Origin: an uncultured Gemmatimonadaceae bacterium
GTDB lineage: Bacteria > Gemmatimonadota > Gemmatimonadetes > Gemmatimonadales > Gemmatimonadaceae
Assembly: GCA_963829055.1 (NCBI GenBank)
Contig: CAWHHI010000010.1
Coordinates: 32,001 to 96,000, forward strand
Length of the DNA: 64,000 nucleotides
Reading direction: 5' to 3'
The translations under genes were made by a program, and so were the position numbers. Position 1 is the first letter of the stretch; every line of letters starts with the position of its first letter. Of this stretch, positions 44,517-54,261 are shown one piece after another. The notes beneath the pieces are model-generated. The model was given only the letters and a program-made list of their open reading frames with translations. It did no database searches and was not told the origin of the DNA.

Positions 44517-45285
44517 ATGCCCATGGATACGCTCTGTGCGAGATACCGTGATGCGCTCGACGCACGGCTGGATGGCGAGCTGCTGCCTGACGAGTCACGC
44601 GATCTCGACAATCATCTCGCCACCTGCGCGTCGTGCGCGCGCGAGTACGCGACATTGACCGACACTCATCGACTCGTATCGGAGAACCTGATGCGTTACG
44701 CAGCGCCCGATGTCCTCAAGGCACGAATTCGAGGCGCGTTGTCCGAGACCGCCGCACGTGCCACGCCGAAGCACATCCGAACGCCATGGTGGCGTCTCGC
44801 GGCCGCTGGTGTGCGTCATCGCCATGGCGAGCAGCGCGCTGACATTCGCAACGCTCGGCCGCTCTGCCGGCTCGAACGTCACCGACGAATTGCTCGCCTC
44901 ACACGTGCGGTCACTGCAACCCGGGCATCTCACGGACGTCGTGTCCACGAACCAGCATAACGTGAAACCATGGTTCAACGGTCGCGTGGACGTCTCGCCG
45001 TCGGTGCCGAATCTCGATTCCCTTGGCTTCCCGCTCGTGGGTGGACGCACGGACTACGTGGGCGGACGCGCCGTCCCGGTCACCGTGTACGCGCGGCGTC
45101 AGCACATGATCAACGTCTACGCGTGGCCGTCTGGTGACGAGGGCGACGCCCGCCCGCGCGAATCCACGCGGAACGGCTACCACTTCGTGGAATGGCGCTC
45201 GGCGGGACTCGAATATCGAGCGGTATCCGACCTGAACCCGAAGGAGTTGGACCAGTTCGTCGCGGCGTTTTCGAACGCCCGGTAG
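44517..45285 (+). CDS. Zn-finger anti-sigma factor; frameshift near 44810
   Basis: LDGEL...HLATCASC; HVRSL...DVVSTNQHNVKPWFNGRVD, GFPLVGGR.DY, AVSDLN. Confidence 0.88.
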
Positions 45286-45343
45286 CATGACGGCAACGCA
45301 CTGACCGCGGAGCCCGGCCTGCGGATTGCCTATCCGCGGGGAA

Positions 45344-45856
45344 ATGACGCATTTCAGGGAAGACCTCACACCCACGCGCGACGGCGGGCTCGTCGCGATC
45401 GCGTGCTTCAAGCTCCTCAAGGCCGCCGCGCTGATCGCACTCGGACTCGGCGCGTTCAAGCTGCTCAATCCCGCGACGGTCGATCGCCTCACGGGTTGGC
45501 TGCTGCACTTCACTCTGTCGTCCGGCCAACAGTTCCTCGATAGGGCCATCGATCTGCTGAGCACGCTGACCCGGCGGCGCGCGACGGCGCTCGGGGTTGG
45601 CGCGATCGCGTACGGATCGCTGTTCGGCGTCGAGGGGGTCGGCCTCTGGAAGGGGAAACGGTGGGCCGAGTATCTGACGGTTGCCACGACGGGGCTGTTG
45701 ATCCCGGTCGAGATCTACGAGCTCACGAGACGTTTCACCGCCCTGCGCGTGGCGGCGCTCGTGGTCAACATCGCGGCGGTCATCTATCTGGTCTATCGCC
45801 TGCGACACCCACGAGCTCAGACGCCGACCGCTGTCATTCCGAGCGGAGCGCCGTAG
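45344..45856 (+). CDS. DUF2127 family membrane protein
   Basis: IACFKLLK, EGVGLW..KRWAEYLTV..T..LIPVEIYE, NIAAVIYL. Confidence 0.88.
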   Translation: MTHFREDLTPTRDGGLVAIACFKLLKAAALIALGLGAFKLLNPATVDRLTGWLLHFTLSSGQQFLDRAIDLLSTLTRRRATALGVGAIAYGSLFGVEGVGLWKGKRWAEYLTVATTGLLIPVEIYELTRRFTALRVAALVVNIAAVIYLVYRLRHPRAQTPTAVIPSGAP

Positions 45857-45977
45857 GCGCGCAGTCGAGCGAGTCGCTTGCTTGAGTCCGAGATAGAGCG
45901 GCTAAGGGCCCTCTACCGAGACGACCACGATTCCTCGACTCGCGCCGCGCCGCTTGGCGGCTCCGCTCGGAATGACA
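45832..45977. repeat. REP family A2 element overlapping the DUF2127 3' end
   Basis: TGTCATTCCGAG...CTCGGAATGACA. Confidence 0.85.
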
Positions 45978-45981
45978 TCCG

Positions 45982-46488
45982 TCATCGCAGCGCGAGCCGG
46001 AACGCCTGCTCGCAATCCTCGCCCAGATTGGCGAACGTCGCCGCGTCGTCACCCGTGACCGGACGGAATCCGAGTCGCGTGTAGAGGCGGATCGCGTCGG
46101 TCATGACGTGCGCCGTTTCGAGCACGACGGCGTCCAGCCCGAGCGCGCGCGCATGGTCAATGACGCGCTGGACGGCGAGTTTACCGACGCCAAGCCCTCG
46201 CGCCGATCGGCGGAGGTACACCTTCTTCAGCTCCACCGTCCGGTTCGCGCCCGGCCGCCATCCGAGGACACCCACCGGTTCGTCATTCGACGCGGCGTAG
46301 ATAAGTTCGAACGCGCCGCCACGCGCGTCGTAGTGCGCCTCGAGATCGAGCAGGTCCTTGTCGGACGTCTCCAGCAACAGGCCAAGCCCGTGCTCGGCGA
46401 GCGCTTCGCGGACGATTGCCTGCGCGGTCGCGCAGTCGGCGTTCGTCGCCCGCCGAAATTCCAGCTTCGCTGTCGGCCGCTCGATCAT
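45982..46488 (-). CDS. GNAT family N-acetyltransferase
   Basis: ELKKVYL..SARGLGVGK, LET...AIRLY.RLGF. Confidence 0.9.
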   Translation of the reverse strand: MIERPTAKLEFRRATNADCATAQAIVREALAEHGLGLLLETSDKDLLDLEAHYDARGGAFELIYAASNDEPVGVLGWRPGANRTVELKKVYLRRSARGLGVGKLAVQRVIDHARALGLDAVVLETAHVMTDAIRLYTRLGFRPVTGDDAATFANLGEDCEQAFRLALR

Positions 46489-46554
46489 TCGTACCTCCGT
46501 ACGACAGGACGACCCAAATCACTCAGCATGCCGAAATATGCGCAGGCCCGTCCA

Positions 46555-47376
46555 ATGGACGCCAAGCAGTACCTCGATGGCGTACGCATCGTCACGATGG
46601 CGCAGAACGTCCCGGGTCCGCTCGCGGCGGCACGACTGCGTGAAGCCGGGGCGCGCGTGACGAAGATCGAGCCGCCCGCGGGCGATCCGTTCCTGCTGGT
46701 CTCGCCGGCATGGTACGCGGAGATGCACGCCGGCATCCAGGTCGAGCGCATGGATCTGAAAGCCGAGAGCGGGCAAGCCCGAATAGCCGAGTTGCTCGAT
46801 GGCGCCGATGTATTCGTGACGAGTCAGCGACCGTCGGCGTTGACGCGCCTTTGCCTCGACGCCGACACGCTCCGCTCGCGGTTCTCGCGACTGCGCATGC
46901 TCCGCATCGTCGGCAGCGTCCGCGATCCCGAGCGCCCCGGACACGACCTCACCTATCAGGCACAGCGCGGATGCCTCGGCGACGCCATGCCGCGGATGCT
47001 CGCCGCGGACGTGATGGCGTCGGAGCGTGCATTCGCCGCGGCGCTGGCGCTGCTGCAACAGCGGGCTGGCTCCGTGATGGACGTCGGGCTGGTCGAGAGC
47101 CTCGACCCGCTGCTCGCGCCGCTGCGGCATGGTCTGACCGCGCCTGGTGGCACGTTCGGAGGTGGAACGCCGCGCTATCGTCTGTACAACGCGAAGCTCG
47201 GACGGGTTGCGGTTGCGGCGCTCGAGACGCATTTCGAGATTCGGCTCTACGAGCACCTCGAACTTCCTCTCGGCTCGGACCCGTCCGCCCGCTTTCTCGA
47301 GCAGACGGCGGCCGAGTGGGAGGAGTGGGCTCACCAGCGTGACATACCAATCGTTGCTGTGAGAGACATGGATTGA
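46555..47376 (+). CDS. Short CoA-transferase family III (CaiB/BaiF-like) protein
   Basis: NVPGPLAA, GARVTKIEPPAGDP, DLK, PGHDLTYQA. Confidence 0.85.
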   Translation: MDAKQYLDGVRIVTMAQNVPGPLAAARLREAGARVTKIEPPAGDPFLLVSPAWYAEMHAGIQVERMDLKAESGQARIAELLDGADVFVTSQRPSALTRLCLDADTLRSRFSRLRMLRIVGSVRDPERPGHDLTYQAQRGCLGDAMPRMLAADVMASERAFAAALALLQQRAGSVMDVGLVESLDPLLAPLRHGLTAPGGTFGGGTPRYRLYNAKLGRVAVAALETHFEIRLYEHLELPLGSDPSARFLEQTAAEWEEWAHQRDIPIVAVRDMD

Positions 47377-47407
47377 GCCATCGACAGGGATCTCAACATC
47401 CACCGTC

Positions 47408-48811
47408 GTGACGGAGACACTGATGGACACGGTCAGCTCGGCACCGCCTCTCGAACGCCCGGCGCTCACGCCGTTCGTGGAGACGCCTAACGGCAACTTC
47501 GTGATGAGTCGGGCAACGCCGGCATGGCCGCTGTGGCAGCGGATCCTGTTCCGCTTCTTCGCCGTCTACTTCGTGCTCGTGGTCGAGCCGTGGGACTGGT
47601 TCCGCGCCATTCCTGGCCTGTCGTGGCTGCTCCAGCCGTACGAGATAGCGATGGACTGGCTCGTGCGCACTGGCAACGCGCATCTGTTCCACGTGCGCGA
47701 GACGCTCGTGCCGCAGAACGGGAGCGGCGACACGTCGTACGGGTGGGCGCGCGTCTGTCTCAACCTGACGCTTGCGGTGGTCGTCTGTCTCGTCTGGACG
47801 GTCCTCGACCGGAAGCGCCCGCATTACGAGCGAGCCGCGTACTGGCTGCGACTCATCGTGCGCTACTACGTCGCGATCGCGGCGCTCAGCTACGGCATCA
47901 TCAAGCTGTTCGTGCTCCAGATGTCCTTCCCGACGCTGAGCCAGCTCGCGACGCCGCTCGGCGACCTCCTGCCGATGCGCCTCTCGTGGCTGTTCATCGG
48001 CTACTCGACGCCGTACCAGGTGTTCTCGGGTGCGATGGAGACCGTCGCCGGGTTGCTGTTGCTCAACAGGCGCACCGTGACGGCGGGGCTGTTCGCTGCC
48101 ACGGGCGCGTTCACGAACGTCGTGATGATCAATCTCGCGTACGACGTGCCGGTCAAGATCTTCGCGTCGCACCTGCTGTTCTCGTGTCTGTTCCTGCTCG
48201 CGCTCGACTCCAGGCGACTGATCGGATTCCTGTTCCTCAATCGTCCCGCGCCGCCAACGCACGCGTACGATCCGATCTTCGTGCGGCCGTGGCAGTGGTG
48301 GGGCAGCATCGCGGTGAAGCTGTTCATCGTCTACCAGATTCTCGTGCAGCCGCTGCAACGAAGCTGGACGCGGTATCACGACCTCAAGAAGCCGCCCGTC
48401 CCGGGACCGTTCGCGGCGGGCGTGTACGACGTGCGGAGCTACGTCGTCAATGGAGATACGGTGCCGCTGACGAGTGCGGACACGCTCCGCTGGCGGGACG
48501 TCATCATCGACAACGCCGGCGCGGGGAGCGTGAACTCGAGAGATCCGGTGTTCTGGCAGCGGTATCGGCGCGGCTATTTCCGCTATCGTCCGGATACAGC
48601 GACGCGCACGGTCGCGGTGTGGAAGACATCGACGATTCCGGGCGACAGCACGTTCCTGTTCACGATGCGGTACGAGGTCCCGGATTCGACGACGGTCCGG
48701 TTCGCGTTAGGCCTGCGTGGGGATTCGGTACGGGTCGATCTCGTGCGCACGCCGCGCCACTTCCAGCTGACGGAGCGTCAGTTCCACTGGCTGTCGGAGT
48801 ACAACCGATAG
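47408..48811 (+). CDS. DoxX-like membrane protein
   Basis: NGSGDTSY, YGIIKLF.LQM.FP, TPLGDL.PM.LSW.FIGYS, NLAYDVPVK, ERQFHWLSEYNR. Confidence 0.8.
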   Translation: MTETLMDTVSSAPPLERPALTPFVETPNGNFVMSRATPAWPLWQRILFRFFAVYFVLVVEPWDWFRAIPGLSWLLQPYEIAMDWLVRTGNAHLFHVRETLVPQNGSGDTSYGWARVCLNLTLAVVVCLVWTVLDRKRPHYERAAYWLRLIVRYYVAIAALSYGIIKLFVLQMSFPTLSQLATPLGDLLPMRLSWLFIGYSTPYQVFSGAMETVAGLLLLNRRTVTAGLFAATGAFTNVVMINLAYDVPVKIFASHLLFSCLFLLALDSRRLIGFLFLNRPAPPTHAYDPIFVRPWQWWGSIAVKLFIVYQILVQPLQRSWTRYHDLKKPPVPGPFAAGVYDVRSYVVNGDTVPLTSADTLRWRDVIIDNAGAGSVNSRDPVFWQRYRRGYFRYRPDTATRTVAVWKTSTIPGDSTFLFTMRYEVPDSTTVRFALGLRGDSVRVDLVRTPRHFQLTERQFHWLSEYNR

Positions 48812-48813
48812 GT

Positions 48814-48972
48814 TGTCATTCCGAGCGGAGGCCGTCAGGCCGCAGTCGAGGAATCGCGATCGTCCCGATAGAGCGGCCCCTCTACCTGTATGAGCGCGAT
48901 TCCTCATGCGCCCACCTTCGGCGGGCACCCGGCTGTCGCTCGCTCGGAATGACACCCTTCGCTCGGAATGAC
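48814..48972. repeat. REP family A2 element with a duplicated right arm
   Basis: TGTCATTCCGAG...CGCTCGGAATGAC twice. Confidence 0.85.
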
Positions 48973-48975
48973 GAA

Positions 48976-49672
48976 TCAGCGCGATCGGTCCGTGAAGATG
49001 TACGCCACCCCGCGCTTCTGCGCTCGCTGCATCGCGACGAAGACGTCAGGCACGAGGACCGCTCCCTCGACGAGTCCCGCCGCCAGCTCGTCGTGCAGCG
49101 CCTCAGGCGTTGTGCCAGCGCGCGCGAGACGCTTCGACAGGTTGAGCACCGCGACGTTGCAGACCACGAACGTCACGCCGCGCTTCATGAGGTCCGCCAC
49201 CGCCGCGTCGGGCGGCTCCCCGTCCTGCGGCGTGAGGTAGATGTTGCGCGTCGCTGGCGCGCTGGTCTTCGGATCGTTCACCTTGTAGAACTCGCCTAAC
49301 GCGAATCGCTGCCACACGTCGTCACGAAACAGCCCCTGGATCGCCGACCCGTGCGTGATGACGGCGATGCTCTGCTGCCCGTCCGGAACGCCATACATGT
49401 CACGCGCATTCGCCAGCATGTTCCGCGCGTCGACGAGCGCGGTCATGAAGTACTGATGCGCGTGGATCATGACCTTCTGCTGGCCCTTGAGGCGCGCGAT
49501 CCACGCGTCCGGGTCAGCGTTGCCCGAGAGCAGCCGCGGGTGTCGTCGCCGATTCGAGGCGACCGGGATCGACGAGCAGTGCGGAGAGTGCGGCCGTCGC
49601 CTGGGACAGGCGGACAAGAAAGCCGCGACGCGCGACGGCCCGCGCGACTGGTGGCGAGGACGTGTGTTGCAT
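48976..49672 (-). CDS. Tat-exported DsrE-like protein; frameshift near 49550
   Basis: GAGGAG RBS, ARRGFL signal; DAWIARLKG, DPKT.APATRN, LMKRGVTFVVCNVA, AQKRGVAY. Confidence 0.7.
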
Positions 49673-49879
49673 GACTCCTCCACGTTCGACGAGTCCTTGA
49701 CGCGCTCCCGCCTCCCTCGGCAGGCTCTGGCGCGCAGCGGAGGCTCCGTCGATCCGTCTACAATAGCAGCCGCGGGGGCGAACGGGAAGATCAGCTGGGT
49801 GAGCTCGCCTCGGCCGCAGACCGGTCAATGGCGACCACACGCCCTCCAACAGCTCGGACGATGAGCATGCCCATCGTGC

Positions 49880-52800
49880 CTAACGTCCGGCGCTCGCACG
49901 CTCGAGCCGGGCGAGCTCCGCCCGCACATGCGACACCTCGGGCACGAGCGCCGGCTCGGGATTCGAACGCCTGATGAGGTAGATCCGATACGCCCGGATC
50001 GCGGCTTCCCTATCGCCCACGAGCGCGGCGAGACGTCCTGCTTCTCGCTGCCACGCCGATTCGTAGTGATTCGGGCCGGTACCACGAACTCGCCGCCTCA
50101 AGGCCGCGAGCGCGCGACGCTGATCCCCGCGTGCTTCCCACAGGCGAGCAGCCACACGACCCGCAATCGTCGTGAAGCGGGCGTCGTGGTGACCGAATCG
50201 CGTGGCGCTATCGAGACGCGCCAGCACGTCGCTCGCGTCCGGGCGTCGCTCCAGAGCTGCCACCTGCGCATCGAGCAGGAGCGCGCGCTCCTCCGTCACC
50301 TCGGCCAGCCAGCTGCTGTCCTTTGGCGGCACGTAGGCACGGAGCCAGGAGACTGTGCGGCGAGCAACGGACGCGTCGCCCATCGACAACCGATACTGAG
50401 CGAGTACGAGTGCGGCGTCCACGCGGTCTGCGAGCGCGACGTCCGCCCTCGGGTCCTTGCTGTCACCCGCGGCTCCGACCGGCGACGACGTTCTCAACGC
50501 CGCGGCGACGATCGGTTCGAGCGTCCGCGCCGCCGCTGCGCCGGCAACGGAATCACCGTCGGCGAAAACCGATGCGAGCGCGACCTCGCGCGCGACCGCG
50601 GGAGTCGCGAGCATGTCGGCCGAAGCCGCAGCAGCTTCGCGAGGACGTCCTCGCTCTATCGGGACACGCAAACGCCAGATGCGCGAGTTGCAGTCGCTCC
50701 TCTGACGTGATCGTCTGCGGGGCGAGCAGATCGAGCGCGCGCTGGGCGACGTCCAGCCCGCGATGATTGTACAAGGTGCCAGGGACGATCCCCGCGAGGA
50801 CCGGCCGGGGAAGGCGCGGCATTTCCGCACGGAACGCTCGCGCGCGCACGCTGTCGGCCTCGAGCAATGCGAGCTGCAGCCCGTAGAACCCTTGCGCGAG
50901 CGCAGGGATTCGGCGCTGGCCAATGGCGAACAGTTGCCGGTAGTGAGCGGAGTCACCTGCTTCGGAGTAGAGGCCCGACAGGTGGATGTACGACGGAGTG
51001 AAGGCGGAGTCGAGCGCGATGGCGCGGGAGAACGCGCGGAGCGCGCGCTCGTCGGCATCGGCAATGCCAAGGATCCCTCCTCCGTGGTAGAGCGCATCGC
51101 CGAGGTCGAACCAGCCTTCCGCGTTGTCGGGCGCGAGACTCGTTAGGCGCTCCGCGGCGTCGAACCACTCGGAATACGTCTTGGGGGCGGGGTACCTGGG
51201 CCCCAGCGTCGCCTCCGCAAGCGCAGCATCGGGTCGGGAAAGCCGAGCACGGCCACGCGCGAGGATGTGTCCACCGACCGCGATGGCGCGTGCCTGGTCC
51301 GCCGCGGTCTGACCGCCCCATCCCGCCGTCCGCACCAGGCCAAGCGCGGCGAGCGTGAAGGAAGAGTCGAGCTCCACGGCGCGGAAATAGGATTGCATGG
51401 CAGCGCTCGCGTTCCCCGCGCGATACAACGATCGCCCGTCCAGGTACGCCCGGAGTGCCGGCAGTGATGTGCTCGTCAGAGCGGCGAGGCGAGGCGCGGA
51501 CTCGCCGGCGCCTAACGATCCCAGCTGGGCCGCGAGTCGATCGACGAGCGCGGGAAGGCTGTCGGCGGGTCCTGTCGCGGTTGCAGGCTCGCGGCCCGGC
51601 TGAGCCGGGACGAGTGTGGCGGTAAGGGTGAGGTTCGCGCTCGTACCGGCGAGCTCCCCCAGGATGAGTCTCCCCGCGCCGATCGCGTGCGCGACACGCA
51701 ATGCGTCCTCGTCGACGAGATCGCCATCGCCCCTGGCTGCTCGATGCCACGCGCCCAGCGTGGTGCGAGGGTCGATGGCCCGCAGACCTCCGATTCCTGC
51801 CACCTTCGCGGCCAGCAAGTCCACCATGCCGTCGCGGAGGTAGTGCAGCGATGGATCGGCCCCGGACACGCGGAACGGGGCGATCGCGACGACGTTCAGG
51901 CTGGGATCTACAGGCGCGGCCCGACCGCGCCACCAGGCTGCTCCGGCGCCTAACGCGCCGGCCAGCAGCGCGAGCGCAATGGGTGCGCGCCACCTCGAGC
52001 GCGCCGGCGACGCCGCACCTGGCCGGGCTTGGGGACTCGACGACTCCGGCGACGAGCCGATCGTATCGAGCAGTCGCAGGACCTCCGCGGCGGTCGCCGG
52101 CCGATCGTCCGGACGCTTGGCGAGCAGTCGCATGACGAGCGAGCCAAGGGCGGCTGGAACGTCGGCGCGATGCGTCACGACATCGGGCGGTGTTTCCGCG
52201 ACGTGCGCCGCGATGACCGCCTGCCCTGTTCGATCGCCGAACGGCAGTCTTCCGGTGAGCGTCTCCCACGCAAGCACGCCCAGGGCATAGAGGTCGACGC
52301 GGTGGTCCGCGGCGGGATCGGCGAGCGCCTGCTCCGGCGCCATGTAGGCCGGCGTGCCTAACGCCATTCCGCGCAGGGTCATGCTACTGGTCGAGGGCTC
52401 CCTCGCGCTCTCAGCGCCCGCGCTGCGGGCACCCGCCTCGGGAGCCTCGGGACGGTGACTGCCGCTCGCGGCGGTCAGTGCCTTCCCAATGCCGAAGTCG
52501 GCGACCAACGCGACGGGACCGGAGAGCAGCACGTTGTCCGGCTTGATGTCCCGATGCACGACGCCTTCACCGTGGGCGTACGCGAGCGCGCGCGCGACGT
52601 CGCGCAGCAGGCTCACGACGTCGGCGACTGGGAGCGCCCCTCCCTGCGCAAGCCGGTGGCGCAAGGACTCCCCGCGCACGAACGGCATGGTGTAGTACGG
52701 GAGTCCGCCGGCGGTCCCCGCGGTCAGGAGCGGGACGATGTTGGGATGCTGCAGCCGCGCCACGAGCCTCACTTCACGCGTGAACCGATCGGCCGACAGC

Positions 52801-52979
52801 CCTTCCGCCAACTCACGCGGCAGGACCTTGAGGACGACGGTCCTGCCTAACGCTGGCTCGTGCGCCACGAAGACGCGGGACATGCCACCGCCGCCGAGCT
52901 CACGCTCGATGGTGTAGGCCGTGCCCAACGCCGATTGGAGGTGGGCGCCGAAGTCGGATTGCATTGGCGGGCCGGTCAC
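49880..52979 (-). CDS. Hanks-type Ser/Thr kinase with TM, TolB_N-like and TPR domains; frameshift near 50670
   Basis: LGGGGMSRV, HRDIKPDN, DFGIGK, GTPAYMAPEQ; TSTSLPALRAYLDG, AVELDSSF TPR region. Confidence 0.9.
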
Positions 52980-53033
52980 GTCGAGCCGCGGTTCAGACGA
53001 CCCAGTCGCACGACCATCGGGCGGCCGACAACG

Positions 53034-53252
53034 TCAGACGGACATGTTGACGGCCATCAGGTCGTCGCCGGCGTACGGGCGAATAGCCGTGGCGTTGCCA
53101 TCCTCTGTTTGCAGGCGCCAGATGAAGCCAGGCGTCTCGTCGGCAAGCGCGTTGATCGGATCGAGCTGCGTCCGAAAGCCTTCCATGATCGGCGTGTCGA
53201 GCGGCGCCCGAAATCGCCCAATGTTCACTTGTGCCAGGTGAAAACGCGTCAC
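53034..53252 (-). pseudogene. Truncated DUF3291 family gene
   Basis: HLAQVNIG...INALADETPGFIWRLQ...VNMSV, then a stop where W is expected; I see no recognisable C-terminal half. Confidence 0.65.
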
Positions 53253-53303
53253 TGCTCGCCTCCAGTGCCCATCGCGTGACGCCGGCGTTAGGCCGGCGTT
53301 GGT

Positions 53304-54204
53304 TCACGATTTCGATTTCGCAGCCTTCTGCTTCGCCAACTCCGACCGGAACTCCTGCTCCTTCTGCGCGATGAACGCCGCACAGCCTTTCGGATCGACG
53401 AACGCGTCAGCGGAGCCCGCCTGCTTTCGCGCGTACTTCGCCTCCATGTCGAAGTACGCGCCGTGCGCGCCGAGGAAGAGATCGCACGGCAGCGACTCGA
53501 GCACGCGAAACGTTCGCTCGTAGTCCTGCGCGATCGTCGGATACGTTCGCGTTGTCGACGAGCTTGTAGCCCGGGTTGACGTTAGGGCTTCCGATGATCA
53601 CGGCGTTGTAGGTCTTGCCACCATCGCGCACCGTCAGCGTCCACGTCGTACACCCCTTCGTGTGACCGGGAGTGAGATGTGCCACCAGCACGACGCCGCC
53701 GAGCTTCACCTCGTCGCCGTCGTGCAGGACGCGGTCGACTCGCACGGGCGTATACAGTGTGGTCGCGTCGCCGGCATAGTGGAAATCGGTCTTGCCCCCG
53801 GATTCGACCACGGGAACGTCGGCATCCATCACCATGTAGCTCGCGCCCGTGAGCGCCTTCACCTTCGCGCTGCCGGCGTCGTGGTCCCAGTGCGCGTGGC
53901 TGATCAGCAGGATCTTCACATCGCTGAACTTGAAGCCGAGCTGCTCGATGCTCGCCTTGATGAGCGGCACGTTCGCGTCGAGGTCGCTGTTGATCAGGAT
54001 GTGGCCCTGCGGCGTCGTGATCAGATAGTTCGCCAGGCCCTTGCTGCCGACGTAGTAGAGATTGTCGGCGATGCGGAATGGCGGAAACGGCTCGGTCCAG
54101 GCGGGCGGACTGCCCTGCGACGATGCCCTGCTGGCTGTGATGGCAATCAGGATCGACGCGACAGCCGCGATGGCCCGCGCAGATGTTTTGGCCAGGGTTT
54201 TCAT
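53304..54204 (-). CDS. bla: Subclass B3 metallo-beta-lactamase; frameshift near 53545
   Basis: Signal peptide; PFPPFRIADNLYYVG, SHAHWDH, TPGHTKGCTTW, LPCDLFLGAH. Confidence 0.88.
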
Positions 54205-54261
54205 GGTACCGCGAATCTTCATGCCGTCCACAGGTGAGTCAACGGGAAGCGCCAGGTGCGC

